DNA of 64,000 bases, from IMG/VR virus record IMGVR_UViG_3300037067_009972; one strand, given 5' to 3'. Source of the DNA: an uncultured virus (IMG/VR IMGVR_UViG_3300037067_009972) (Duplodnaviria > Heunggongvirae > Uroviricota > Caudoviricetes). Made by a program: the position numbers and the translations under genes. Positions 49,338 through 59,172 of this stretch are shown here, one piece after another (within the stretch, counting starts at the first letter, position 1; every line of letters starts with the position of its first letter). The notes under the pieces were generated by a model, which was given only the letters and a program-made list of their open reading frames with translations, searched no databases and was not told the DNA's origin.

Positions 49338-49780
49338 CAATAAGGAGAAATAAATTGGATTTACGAGGACACGAACCAATTGAATTTGAAAATGAACTAC
49401 GTAAGGATCTACATATGAAACAAAAATTCGACGAAAATAAACAAGTATTAACTACAACTGATAGTCTAACTACGCTAATAGGTATCTTGGCCGGTGTAAC
49501 GCTTATTGGTGTGGGAGCAATTTATTTTATGTACAAACGAAAGGTAAAAGATAATGACCTTCAAAGAATTTCAACAAACACCGAGTTGGGGCACTAGGGC
49601 TATTTGTCCTAGATGTTTATCTAACAAAACCATGCCCTACCCAAACTGCGGTTGTCGCGCAGAAACAGGAGGGCGTGAACACATCATGAAATATCATCAT
49701 TGTTGCCCGTCGCCAAGCAAATTCTATGATGCGACTAACGATACAGACGTAATAGCTGCTTTAATTAACTCCGGAGTAAT

Positions 49781-49852
49781 GCGCTCATAACTCAATGGTA
49801 GAGTACTCGCCTCTTAAGCGATAAGTTGAAGGTTCAATCCCTTCTGGGCGCA
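49781..49852 (+). tRNA. tRNA-Lys(CTT)
   Basis: CTCGC-CTCTTAA-GCGAT. Confidence 0.87.
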
Positions 49853-49895
49853 CACAATAACTCACTAACATATAACAAGTTTTGAAAGGATTCAA

Positions 49896-50783
49896 ATGCA
49901 AGAAGATGTATTGTTGGATAGTTCTAGCAGTGATTTAATTGTAGCAGCAGACACTCGTCCTATTTCAACCTGGGATGAGGGCAAAAAGCGTGAATTTATC
50001 GATACCTTTAAAAAACGTACAGATGTTGCTTTGTATTTATTAAAAAATACTGCGAATTATATAACTGAAAAAGCGACTAATCGTCGTTTTATTAGCCAAA
50101 AACATTACAAAGATATAAAAACAGTTTATCCAGTGTATTTTGATATGAAAAACACTGGATGGAATCCGCCTTCTATATCAGGACGTTCTACTACAGAACT
50201 CGAGCAAATTGCAGAGAATCGCGCAGATGACGTTATTAAAAAACTTCCTGCGCTGAAAACAGCGGTTAAAATCATCGACACTGAGACCTATGCTTTAATC
50301 GAAAAACATGCTGCAGCAAAAAACGCTCTTCAGGTGAAAAAAGATAAACTGGATGAACTAGCCGAAGAAATTAATCTTGGCGAATTGGATCAGACAATGA
50401 CCGTTGGGGCTCTTCGAGCCATGTTAAAAAAAATAGAGAAAACACGAGATACGCTTTTGCACGAAATATCTGCAGAGGGGCGAGAGTTACAAGAAATGGA
50501 TATTTTAATCTCTAAAAAACTTTACGCAGGTATTCCGGGTATCTCTGAAGCAATTGTTAAGGTTATTAATGAACATTACGAGCGTATCACCGCCTTACAA
50601 GCAATGACTCGTCGTGTAGAAGAGCGTATCCAGTTCGGTGATAGCAAAGAAGCTCTTGACATGCTTGCACATTTTGAATCTGATGAAAGCACTGTATCCG
50701 ACAACATTCGCGCAGAATTCGACGCCGCTTTAGAAAAACTTAAAGTATTTAAAGTCAAACGACTGGCGAGTAAAAAGAAATGA
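49896..50783 (+). CDS. coiled-coil hypothetical protein
   Basis: 295-aa helical ORF with AAAGGA SD. Confidence 0.6.
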   Translation: MQEDVLLDSSSSDLIVAADTRPISTWDEGKKREFIDTFKKRTDVALYLLKNTANYITEKATNRRFISQKHYKDIKTVYPVYFDMKNTGWNPPSISGRSTTELEQIAENRADDVIKKLPALKTAVKIIDTETYALIEKHAAAKNALQVKKDKLDELAEEINLGELDQTMTVGALRAMLKKIEKTRDTLLHEISAEGRELQEMDILISKKLYAGIPGISEAIVKVINEHYERITALQAMTRRVEERIQFGDSKEALDMLAHFESDESTVSDNIRAEFDAALEKLKVFKVKRLASKKK

Positions 50784-51114
50784 CCAAATGTAAAGTTGTT
50801 GGTGATATTTTAACAACTCGAGGTACTCCTCGATATGAAATAATAAAAACTTTAAATAGTTTTAACCAGCCATTTCATATAACTAGGGGCGGTAGTATTA
50901 CTGCCTTCAAATCTAGTCGCATATTTGAAGATGAGGATGGTGAACTTCATTGTAAGCGTAGCGCAAATATACCAGACGATTGGTTAATAAATTTACATAT
51001 AATACGAATAGTTATTTAAGTTTTTAACGATAGGCAAAGAATGATCTGCGTTCATTGCGCACCTATCGTTCTCAAAATAAATCACATATTTATTAATACT
51101 ATAAAGGATGTACG

Positions 51115-52536
51115 ATGCGAACATTCGAATATATTCCCGGGTTATACACTGACATGTATCAACTGGTTATGGCTCAAGGGTATTATTATACAGACAAAGC
51201 AAATATTCCTGTTACATTTGATTATTTTTATAGACGAAATCCATTTGGGGGCGGTTATACGATTTTTGCTGGTTTGAGTGAGTTACTCGAGATTCTACCA
51301 AACTGGAAATTTAACAGTCAAGCCGTTGATTATTTATTTAGTCTTGGTGGGTTTAATTCGGCTTTCCTCTGTAGTTTAAAAGATTTTAAATTCAAAGGAA
51401 CTATTCATTCTGTACGCGAAGGTGAAGTTGTCTTTCCCAACGAACCAATTATACGCGTAGAAGGAACTTGGTTTGAATGTCAGTTATTAGAAACTATACT
51501 ATTGAATATAATCAATTTTCAATCGCTAATAGCAACCAAAGCTTCACGGCTTCGGCAGGTTGCGGGTAATAAAACCATTATCGATATGGGGTTACGTCGT
51601 GCACAAGGCTTGGGAGGCATGTTTGCAAGTAGAGCTGCTATCATTGGTGGTTGCAATTCCACTTCAAATGTACTCGCTGCAAAAGACTACGGTTTAACAC
51701 CAGTTGGTACAATGGCACATGCCTGGATCCAAGGACACGGAAGTGAACTTGAAGCATTTAAAGCCTTCGCAAAATGTTATCCGGATAATACTACATTACT
51801 CGTAGATACATATAACACCCTCAAAAGTGGTATACCCAACGCAATTATTGTTGCCAAAGATCTTGAAAAAGACGGGCATAAGCTACAAGGCATAAGATTG
51901 GATAGTGGAGATTTAGCATATCTAAGTAAACAAGCACGTAAAATGCTTGATGATGCAAGTTTACAATATGTAAAAATCGTTGCCTCTAACCAACTAGACG
52001 AAAATACTATACAAAGTCTTGAGCAGCAACATGCACCCATAGACATATATGGTGTTGGTACAAATCTCGCAGTAGGTGACGGTGCTGGCGCACATGATGG
52101 TGTATACAAGTTATCTTCATACAATCAACAGCCCACGATGAAATTTTCAGATAATCCGGCAAAAATGTCTTTACCTGGGCCAAAAGATATTTATCGGTTC
52201 TTTAATGAAGACCAATCTTTTTATGGAGATGGAATTACTTGCGCCGGATTGCCGGTTCCAGCCGATATAGTTGATCCAGCTTTTACAGACAAACGTAGTT
52301 CTGTTTGGAATCTTAAATCTGAGACTCTGTTAATAAAAGCAGTAGAAAATGGCAAAACGATTGTTAATATAATGCCGGCAAAAACTAGTGCAATTTATGC
52401 AGAAGAAAGATTGCAACGTTTATGTGTGGAATCAAAACGATTTGACAACCCGCATACATATAAGGTGGGTATTAGCGAGGTTTTAGCAAGAGTTCGTACA
52501 GACATAGCAAAAGCATTTGGTCAACCTATCACTTAA
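51115..52536 (+). CDS. pncB: nicotinate phosphoribosyltransferase
   Basis: LYTDMYQLVM, DMGLRRAQG, GTMAHAW, LLVDTYN, GIRLDSGDL, YGVGT, VYKL. Confidence 0.93.
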   Translation: MRTFEYIPGLYTDMYQLVMAQGYYYTDKANIPVTFDYFYRRNPFGGGYTIFAGLSELLEILPNWKFNSQAVDYLFSLGGFNSAFLCSLKDFKFKGTIHSVREGEVVFPNEPIIRVEGTWFECQLLETILLNIINFQSLIATKASRLRQVAGNKTIIDMGLRRAQGLGGMFASRAAIIGGCNSTSNVLAAKDYGLTPVGTMAHAWIQGHGSELEAFKAFAKCYPDNTTLLVDTYNTLKSGIPNAIIVAKDLEKDGHKLQGIRLDSGDLAYLSKQARKMLDDASLQYVKIVASNQLDENTIQSLEQQHAPIDIYGVGTNLAVGDGAGAHDGVYKLSSYNQQPTMKFSDNPAKMSLPGPKDIYRFFNEDQSFYGDGITCAGLPVPADIVDPAFTDKRSSVWNLKSETLLIKAVENGKTIVNIMPAKTSAIYAEERLQRLCVESKRFDNPHTYKVGISEVLARVRTDIAKAFGQPIT

Positions 52537-52550
52537 CAAAAAGGAACACT

Positions 52551-54071
52551 ATGAAAAGATTATTTATTTGTTTATTGTTTTTAATATTAAGCTGTACTTT
52601 TGTTTCAGCACAAAATCAACAAATGGAAGTATACGGTTATCTAACTACATGGTCTTTACAAATGGGTAAAACCGTTTGGGCATCGTCTAATTATGAGAAC
52701 ATGCTTTATACAAATCTCGATAGAGAAGCTTGCACTCGTTATATAACCTTCAATGCAGACCTTAACGCAGACGGTACTATGAAAATGGCAAGTGATTGGT
52801 ATCCATCGCCAGGCAACACGGCATGGGGCAATCCTTATTTTCAAATACCTAAACGCAGATTTTTAAATAACTGGCTACATGAGGCAAATAAAGGCGTCGA
52901 ACTTTGTATATTTTTAGGAAGCAATTCTTCGGCGCTGCAAACAGATGCAGGAATTTCTGCTGTTATAAAAACAGTAGTAGATTCTGCTATTGGCGCTACT
53001 AATCGTTATGATGGGATCCATTGGGATATAGAACCCATGAATGTTGCCGATACTGCACAAGTGAGAAAACTTATCTCAAGATGTGCGGATACATTGGCTA
53101 AGTACCACCAATGGGCAGATGAATCTAAAAAGCCAACACAGTCGGTTGCAATTTATAATAATTTTCCTTTCTGGGGCCGAACAGACGTACATTCCAAACT
53201 AGATGCAATACTGCACATGAGTTACAATATGTACGGTAACTGGATGCCTATTGCTTGGTTTAATGCACCGGTGTATGAGACGGCATATGAATCGTCGGCT
53301 TATAATGTTGGATCGATTAAGGGCTATACTGAAAGCATATTAGCGTCTGGTGTGCCTAAAAATAAGTTAGTCATGGCTTGCCCGTTTAATTACAACGCAT
53401 TTCAGGGAGGTTTAACGACAACCGGCGAAGGAGTGTATGAACCATTTAAAACATGGACAACTTTCCCTAAGTGGTTAAACACAAACAACGAAATGTACTA
53501 TGATGCATGGAACAAATGGATTGATACTGCAACTACTACAATACATCAAGATCTCGTACGTAAGGCATGTTGGATAGGATATAATAACGAAGGCACCACC
53601 AATGATATGTATATATTATTTCAAGATACAATGTGTATTCGTGCAAATATCGAATATATTGCATCTACTGGAATTAAAGGTGCGATGATATGGGAAATAA
53701 CTGGTGCATATATTAACAATTTAAATCAAACCCGACATCCCGGAGTATCCAACGATCATATGTTACAGACAGTAAAAAAGGCTCGCTTAGCTTCGGTTTA
53801 CACTCCTTCCGCTGAGCCAATACCAACTATAGATACGACTAACTTATATAATGTCGGATTTACCGCAGGTAAAGCTAGTGTAAACATAGATTCTATTTTT
53901 ACAGCAGGGAAAAATAGTATAATATGGAATAACGTTTCATATGTATATGTAGCAAGTACGGTTTTTCCAGATACTGCTGTAGTATTACCACAGGGATCTC
54001 TTATTCTCACACAAACGCATAGTGCAACAAATAAGAAAACTACCCTTACGTTTTTGAAACCAAAGAAATAA
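52551..54071 (+). CDS. secreted GH18-family glycoside hydrolase (chitinase-like)
   Basis: Signal peptide; YDGIHWDIE catalytic motif; MSYNM; GVPKNKLVM; GAMIWEI. Confidence 0.8.
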   Translation: MKRLFICLLFLILSCTFVSAQNQQMEVYGYLTTWSLQMGKTVWASSNYENMLYTNLDREACTRYITFNADLNADGTMKMASDWYPSPGNTAWGNPYFQIPKRRFLNNWLHEANKGVELCIFLGSNSSALQTDAGISAVIKTVVDSAIGATNRYDGIHWDIEPMNVADTAQVRKLISRCADTLAKYHQWADESKKPTQSVAIYNNFPFWGRTDVHSKLDAILHMSYNMYGNWMPIAWFNAPVYETAYESSAYNVGSIKGYTESILASGVPKNKLVMACPFNYNAFQGGLTTTGEGVYEPFKTWTTFPKWLNTNNEMYYDAWNKWIDTATTTIHQDLVRKACWIGYNNEGTTNDMYILFQDTMCIRANIEYIASTGIKGAMIWEITGAYINNLNQTRHPGVSNDHMLQTVKKARLASVYTPSAEPIPTIDTTNLYNVGFTAGKASVNIDSIFTAGKNSIIWNNVSYVYVASTVFPDTAVVLPQGSLILTQTHSATNKKTTLTFLKPKK

Positions 54072-54082
54072 ATGTAATAAAT

Positions 54083-54218
54083 ATGAGGCCGTAGTACATT
54101 GTTCTCAATCAAAAACTCCCTATCGTTGGTTCAAATCCAACCATCGCTAAGATGTTGCGGTGTGGACTAGTCTGGTTAAGTCAGGAGTCCAAAAAACGGT
54201 GTACAATATTTGCCTCAT
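54083..54218 (+). tRNA. circularly permuted tRNA gene (3' half 54109-54149, 5' half 54156-54189); initiator-like body, probable anticodon CAA
   Basis: T arm and 3' acceptor strand come before the 5' acceptor strand and D arm; the two flanks pair with each other. Confidence 0.8.
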
Positions 54219-54224
54219 TTTTAC

Positions 54225-54295
54225 AGGTCGTAAAGGTTACGGTAGCCGGCAAGCCTCCAAATCTTGTAGACGGGGTTCAATTCCCCGACGACCTG
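54225..54295 (+). tRNA. tRNA-Trp(CCA)
   Basis: AGGTCGT/ACGACCT acceptor, G73, loop CTCCAAA. Confidence 0.8.
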
Positions 54296-54587
54296 CTATG
54301 TACGATGATTATCCTTTTTATACTCTGATCTTTACTGCCAATGACAGCAAAGGATTTATTACATTAACGTTATTGGAAGACGAAAATCATCCAATACCTA
54401 TTGCCATGTTTCCTTTTCAACAAAAAGAAACCGCAGAATTTATTTTATAACTTTTAAATAAAACAAAACATGGAATACCAATTTAATGTTAAAATCAAAA
54501 TGTTGCAACGCTAAAATTGTACAAAAGTTATGGTGCAAAATTTGTAGTAAATGTAGAACTGTTTTGCACGAAGAAAAAGACATTTAT

Positions 54588-54662
54588 GTCCAGTTACCCA
54601 AGCGATCTAAGGGAATAGTCCGCAAAACTATTAATTCGTGAGTTTGAATCTCACACTGGACT
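54588..54662 (+). tRNA. tRNA-Cys(GCA)
   Basis: ATAGT-CCGCAAA-ACTAT; U73; C33. Confidence 0.82.
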
Positions 54663-54685
54663 CAACTTTTACAAAAAGGACACAT

Positions 54686-55285
54686 ATGAAACCCACAGAA
54701 ATAGTAGTGATATTAGATAGATCCGGTTCAATGGCAGATTTCATATCTGACACTATCGGAGGTTATAACGCTTTTATCGAGGATCAAAAACGTATCCCGT
54801 ATGACGCTAAATTATCAACGATTTTATTCGACACAACGTACGAAAATTTTGAAGATAATGTTGATTTACAAAAAGCAATTCCACTTACACCTTTTATTTT
54901 CGTACCAAGGGGAGCAACTGCTTTATTAGATGCGATTGGCGATGCAATTAAAAAAATTGAAGAACGACAACCTGATCGTGTGATTATAGCAATAATTACT
55001 GATGGTCAAGAAAATGCAAGTCACAGATTTACTAAAGAGCAAATCAAAGAGATGATTGCAGCTAAAACGGCCGCTGGTTGGAGGATTGATTTCTTATCTG
55101 CCGACATAGATGCAATTAATGATGCAAAACGAAGTTATGGTATAGCTGCAAATCAGGTAATGACTTTTATGCCTACATCCGAGGGATTTGCGACAGCATA
55201 TCGCTCTATGTCTTGTTCTACAGTTAACTATAGAACCGGTATTAAAGACACAGATTTGAATGAACTTAAAGACACTCAGAAATGA
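54686..55285 (+). CDS. von Willebrand factor A domain protein
   Basis: MIDAS DRSGSM, TALLDAIG, ITDGQEN; start moved to the ATG after tRNA-Cys. Confidence 0.88.
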   Translation: MKPTEIVVILDRSGSMADFISDTIGGYNAFIEDQKRIPYDAKLSTILFDTTYENFEDNVDLQKAIPLTPFIFVPRGATALLDAIGDAIKKIEERQPDRVIIAIITDGQENASHRFTKEQIKEMIAAKTAAGWRIDFLSADIDAINDAKRSYGIAANQVMTFMPTSEGFATAYRSMSCSTVNYRTGIKDTDLNELKDTQK

Positions 55286-55292
55286 GTGTTAT

Positions 55293-55366
55293 GCGGGTAT
55301 CGCCTAGTAGGTATGGCACGACGCCTCCAACGTCGAATAAGGCGGGTTCGAGACCCGCTACCCGCT
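55293..55366 (+). tRNA. tRNA-Gly(TCC)
   Basis: CGACG-CCTCCAA-CGTCG; C33. Confidence 0.85.
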
Positions 55367-55370
55367 CAAT

Positions 55371-55868
55371 ATGACTCTCAAAGATGATATAGATTTACCA
55401 CTGGTAAATACAATCGCATATTTGAACCTATTAGGTGTCAAAACATTATGGTGTTGTTGTGGTTATAATTATAAAGATCAACCCACACATAAGTCTCACC
55501 AACTTGGGCAAGTAAATATTTCGATGGAAGCTTCGGAGTTAGCGGCAACTATGGGCGTACGACTCATATCGTGGAATCCGAATCTATTTTTAAAATATCA
55601 ACTAGTAGCCCCATCTTTAAGATCTTTTATTATATTTTGCGATATAATAAAATTTCACCCAAATTGGAATGAAACGTCCATGCATTATCATGAATTTCCC
55701 TCACAAATAATAAATGGCATAGAGAAAAATTTGTACTGTTTAAAAGATCAATTTGCCAACGAAACCATTTTAACAGACACAAATCAGACGTCTAAAGCAG
55801 AAAATCCTTATTGGGGTTATCCTGCGCGAGATTCATGGATAATTAAAAAAAGTGATTATATTAAATGA
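55371..55868 (+). CDS. hypothetical protein
   Basis: 165 aa; LNLLGVKTLWCCCG motif, weakly TYW3-like. Confidence 0.45.
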   Translation: MTLKDDIDLPLVNTIAYLNLLGVKTLWCCCGYNYKDQPTHKSHQLGQVNISMEASELAATMGVRLISWNPNLFLKYQLVAPSLRSFIIFCDIIKFHPNWNETSMHYHEFPSQIINGIEKNLYCLKDQFANETILTDTNQTSKAENPYWGYPARDSWIIKKSDYIK

Positions 55869-56188
55869 TAAAGCACATATTATTTCTCGACGATGAAAAG
55901 ATACCTGAATGGTTTGGTATCGTAGTTAATGACTTAGTAGACGTGGCAACGTCATATATTGAAGCAGTACGTTTAATAAACAACAATACTTACCAAATCA
56001 TGTATTTGGATCACGATATAGGTTCATCTACTAAAGACGGATCGATTATATTACAAAGGTATATGCAATTAGGCCGGCAAGTACCGCAAAAAGTTTACTG
56101 CATATCGTGGAATCCGGTTGGGGTAGAACGCATAAGATTAGTATGTGAAGATTGGAATATCCCGTTCGAAGCTATTGGGCGACTATAA
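55865..56188 (+). CDS. cyclic-phosphate-processing receiver-domain protein
   Basis: LFLDDEK...YLDHDIG...ISWNPVG pattern. Confidence 0.7.
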   Translation: MIKHILFLDDEKIPEWFGIVVNDLVDVATSYIEAVRLINNNTYQIMYLDHDIGSSTKDGSIILQRYMQLGRQVPQKVYCISWNPVGVERIRLVCEDWNIPFEAIGRL

Positions 56189-56227
56189 CACATAAATTTT
56201 CTATAATAGACGGACAAAGTGGTTAAT

Positions 56228-56299
56228 GCGGGCATAGTTCAGTGGTAGAATACGACTTTGCCAAAGTCGAGGTCGTGGGATCATGACCCACTGCCCGCT
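56228..56299 (+). tRNA. tRNA-Gly(GCC)
   Basis: CGACT-TTGCCAA-AGTCG. Confidence 0.85.
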
Positions 56300-56300
56300 C

Positions 56301-56555
56301 ATGATACAAATACTATATGTATTCGCAGCTGCGTTTGTATTGGGTTATGTTTATTCCCTTTATATAAGACGCACAGCTTCAGCTATCAAATTAAAAGAAC
56401 GTGCCTGGGCCTCAACAACGGGTTCAGCTTTATATGCATTAGGTGCGATTGTTGTTATATCATATGTTGGTAATCCCTGGTTATTAATACCCGCAGTAGT
56501 GGGAGATTGGTTGGGATCGTTTTTACAAATGACTTTAGATACAAGGAAAAAATAA
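56301..56555 (+). CDS. small membrane protein
   Basis: Three hydrophobic helices; ATG directly after tRNA-Gly. Confidence 0.55.
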   Translation: MIQILYVFAAAFVLGYVYSLYIRRTASAIKLKERAWASTTGSALYALGAIVVISYVGNPWLLIPAVVGDWLGSFLQMTLDTRKK

Positions 56556-57109
56556 TGCTATCGTTTTTATATATTATGTTTCAACATGTAATTATGAGTA
56601 TGTACGATTGCTGGCAAATGGCTAAAGCCGAATTAAAGTACTGGGAGTTAATAAAATATTTTTTGCAAAATAGTACTTATGCCGACAAGATAACGCTGTG
56701 CAATGAAATGAAAGAAGAAGCCTCAAATGCAACATCGATTGGTCAATTTTTGTTTTGGTATCTAAATATCATTGGAACATTAATGATATTCAGTATTTCA
56801 TGGCATGCATTATTGGTGCTCGGGTGTATAATGCTTTTACATTACACTGGTTTAGAAGATATACTGTTCTTTGTATGGGCTAATATAATACCACTGCCGA
56901 ATAGTTGGTGGGAATCACACAAAGATGTTCGTATTCTAGGTATACGTTTTCCTATAGAATTACCATGGTTAGCAAAGAACCGCACTATTGGTAATATAAC
57001 TATTGGGCGTGGACCTATTATATTCTTAACCGGCGAAGAAATAGACGCTGTACGATTAATAACATTGAATGTCAGTATAATCATTATTATGTTTATTGCA
57101 TTTCTATAA
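56555..57109 (+). CDS. membrane protein
   Basis: Hydrophobic ORF with GLEDILFF...LPW. Confidence 0.5.
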   Translation: MLSFLYIMFQHVIMSMYDCWQMAKAELKYWELIKYFLQNSTYADKITLCNEMKEEASNATSIGQFLFWYLNIIGTLMIFSISWHALLVLGCIMLLHYTGLEDILFFVWANIIPLPNSWWESHKDVRILGIRFPIELPWLAKNRTIGNITIGRGPIIFLTGEEIDAVRLITLNVSIIIIMFIAFL

Positions 57110-57116
57110 ATGCACT

Positions 57117-57190
57117 GCTCTCGTAATACAATTGAATAGTATACTTGTTTCCTAAACAGGAAGTTGTAGGTTTGAGTCCTACCGAGAGCA
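57117..57190 (+). tRNA. tRNA-Arg(CCT)
   Basis: CTTGT-TTCCTAA-ACAGG. Confidence 0.8.
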
Positions 57191-57218
57191 CTTCTAACAC
57201 AAAATAAAAAAGGATTAC

Positions 57219-58343
57219 ATGGATAAATCTAGGCAATGGGTAGCTTCTAAAGGTATTTATCACTATACAGAAATACCCGATGTATTTAAATCACTTCCAC
57301 CTCTCGTATATGAACTACAATTCGACAATTTTTCGGGTAGTTTCGTATTAGAAAAAATATGTGATAAATTTGAATTACCGGAAATTATGTATAATTTAGA
57401 AGATACTCTCATTAAAAGAGTTCTTAAAACATTTGAAAGTTACAATAAAAACTTTGGCATACTGTTAAAAGGTTTAAAAGGTACAGGCAAAACAATTGCT
57501 GCAAAAGTCATCTGCAATACATTGAACCTACCTGTTATACTTATTACAAAACCATGGAACGATATGGGAAATTTTGTAAACAGTATTCAGCAAGATATTG
57601 TTCTATTTTTCGATGAGTTCGAAAAGACCTACAGTTTTTATGAAAGCTTCCGAGGAGAAAGTAATGATGAACGCGAAGAAATAGAATCTCAAAATCAGAA
57701 TAATAGCAGTCCCAAAGATGTTACTAATTTATTAACTCTTATGGATGGTGTTTTTACATCAAAGTATAAGCGGTTATTTTTATTAACTACAAATAGAGAT
57801 TATCTTCCGGATGCTTTAATTGCGCGGCCTTCGCGTATACGATACATAAAAGAATTTAATGACTTACCTCTACCCGTGATCTTGCAAATTTTGGATAACT
57901 CTGTACACAACAAAGAACTTATACCGGGGTTAATCGACCTCTTAAAAAATCTTGAAATCATAACTGTTGATATAGTTAAAGCAATAGCGGAAGAAGCCAA
58001 TTTATTTAATACAGCAGAACCAGAATTCTTCGAAATATTTAATGTAAAACGCGTACATAATCATTATGATTTATACGAAATAGATACAAAAAGGCGTGAA
58101 AATGTAATCATCGAAAACAAGTTTTTCGACGTTATAATGCATTTTCGTAAAGGTTATAATTTGCATAACGATGAAGGTGAGTACATCGGTACAATTCAAA
58201 AACACAACCCCGAGACAAAAGAACTTACTGTAGTACTACAAACGGCGGGGAGGGCTGGCGGAGGAATTGCAAAGCCCGAAATTAAAACAATGTACTACCG
58301 CAAAACAATTATCCCGCATTTTGCTTTTTCACATTATGTGTAA
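57219..58343 (+). CDS. AAA+ ATPase
   Basis: GLKGTGKT, FFDEFEK, LLTLMDG, TTN, RPSRI. Confidence 0.9.
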   Translation: MDKSRQWVASKGIYHYTEIPDVFKSLPPLVYELQFDNFSGSFVLEKICDKFELPEIMYNLEDTLIKRVLKTFESYNKNFGILLKGLKGTGKTIAAKVICNTLNLPVILITKPWNDMGNFVNSIQQDIVLFFDEFEKTYSFYESFRGESNDEREEIESQNQNNSSPKDVTNLLTLMDGVFTSKYKRLFLLTTNRDYLPDALIARPSRIRYIKEFNDLPLPVILQILDNSVHNKELIPGLIDLLKNLEIITVDIVKAIAEEANLFNTAEPEFFEIFNVKRVHNHYDLYEIDTKRRENVIIENKFFDVIMHFRKGYNLHNDEGEYIGTIQKHNPETKELTVVLQTAGRAGGGIAKPEIKTMYYRKTIIPHFAFSHYV

Positions 58344-58356
58344 CTGACTAAATTAT

Positions 58357-58429
58357 GTTTCCGTAGTGTAATGGATAACACGTCGGTCTACGAAACCGAA
58401 GACTGAGAGTTCGAGTCTCTCCGGGAACA
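58357..58429 (+). tRNA. tRNA-Arg(ACG)
   Basis: TCGGT-CTACGAA-ACCGA. Confidence 0.88.
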
Positions 58430-58658
58430 CTATGATTAAATACGTAGTATATCTACCACATGATGGCTATTGCAGATTCGCATCAAGTAGTAAAAGCCGA
58501 ACTGTAGATGAACCAGAAGATGCAACCTTATATTCCACCGAGAATCTTGCTAAGAAGCGTTTGCAAGAAGATCGTATTTATATTAATGGTCTTCCATATA
58601 GAGGAGATCAACTTGAAATACACGAAATTGATTTTCAACATACATGGTTGAAGGGCGT

Positions 58659-58967
58659 ATGACAGAAATAACATCACAAGAAGATTTTGAACGAGAAGTG
58701 TTGCAAGCCGATGGTTTGGTGCTCGTAGATTTATGGGCTCCTTGGTGTAGACCCTGCAATATGGTGACATCAGAAGTGGAAAAATTAAGCAACATCAAGA
58801 TTGCAAAAGTTAATGTGGATGATGCGATAGAGGTTAGTTCTAACTTAAATATTCGCTCAATTCCTACCATTTTATTTTACTGGAAAGGTAAAGAAATACA
58901 ACGGATGATTGGGGCACATTCCGCAGGTAAATATCAAGAATTTATCGACACCTTTATGCTCCCGTAA
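58659..58967 (+). CDS. trxA: thioredoxin
   Basis: VDLWAPWCRPC, KVNVD, IRSIPT. Confidence 0.92.
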   Translation: MTEITSQEDFEREVLQADGLVLVDLWAPWCRPCNMVTSEVEKLSNIKIAKVNVDDAIEVSSNLNIRSIPTILFYWKGKEIQRMIGAHSAGKYQEFIDTFMLP

Positions 58968-59031
58968 CTCAATGGACCAGAGTAACGCGCTTCGAACGCG
59001 TAAGCTGAGAGTTCGAATCTCTCCGGGAGTT
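58958..59031 (+). tRNA. tRNA-Arg(TCG)
   Basis: ACGCG-CTTCGAA-CGCGT. Confidence 0.87.
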
Positions 59032-59172
59032 CTATGAAAAACAATACCATGTTTTTAAATAGTGTAGATTTAACTTTAGACCCATATACTTTTCGTATAA
59101 AGGTCAAAATAAAACATTTAACATTTAAATTACACAAAAAAAGAAAGCAGAATCTAGAAATATTTTTATTAC

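Noticed and set aside
54105..54120. UCA (opal suppressor) anticodon for the permuted tRNA
   Set aside because: It needs a shifted, mismatched anticodon stem; CAA fits a 7-nt loop with a perfect GGAGT/ACTCC stem, though the true junction is unproven
54083..54218. Two-piece tmRNA interpretation of the permuted element
   Set aside because: It has a full D stem, no G3-U70 alanine identity pair and no tag reading frame
43429..55285. ORF-track N-termini overlapping tRNAs (43429, 44457, 49139, 54160, 54638)
   Set aside because: They run through tRNA genes; better starts lie downstream (43501, 44526, 49355, 54298, 54686)
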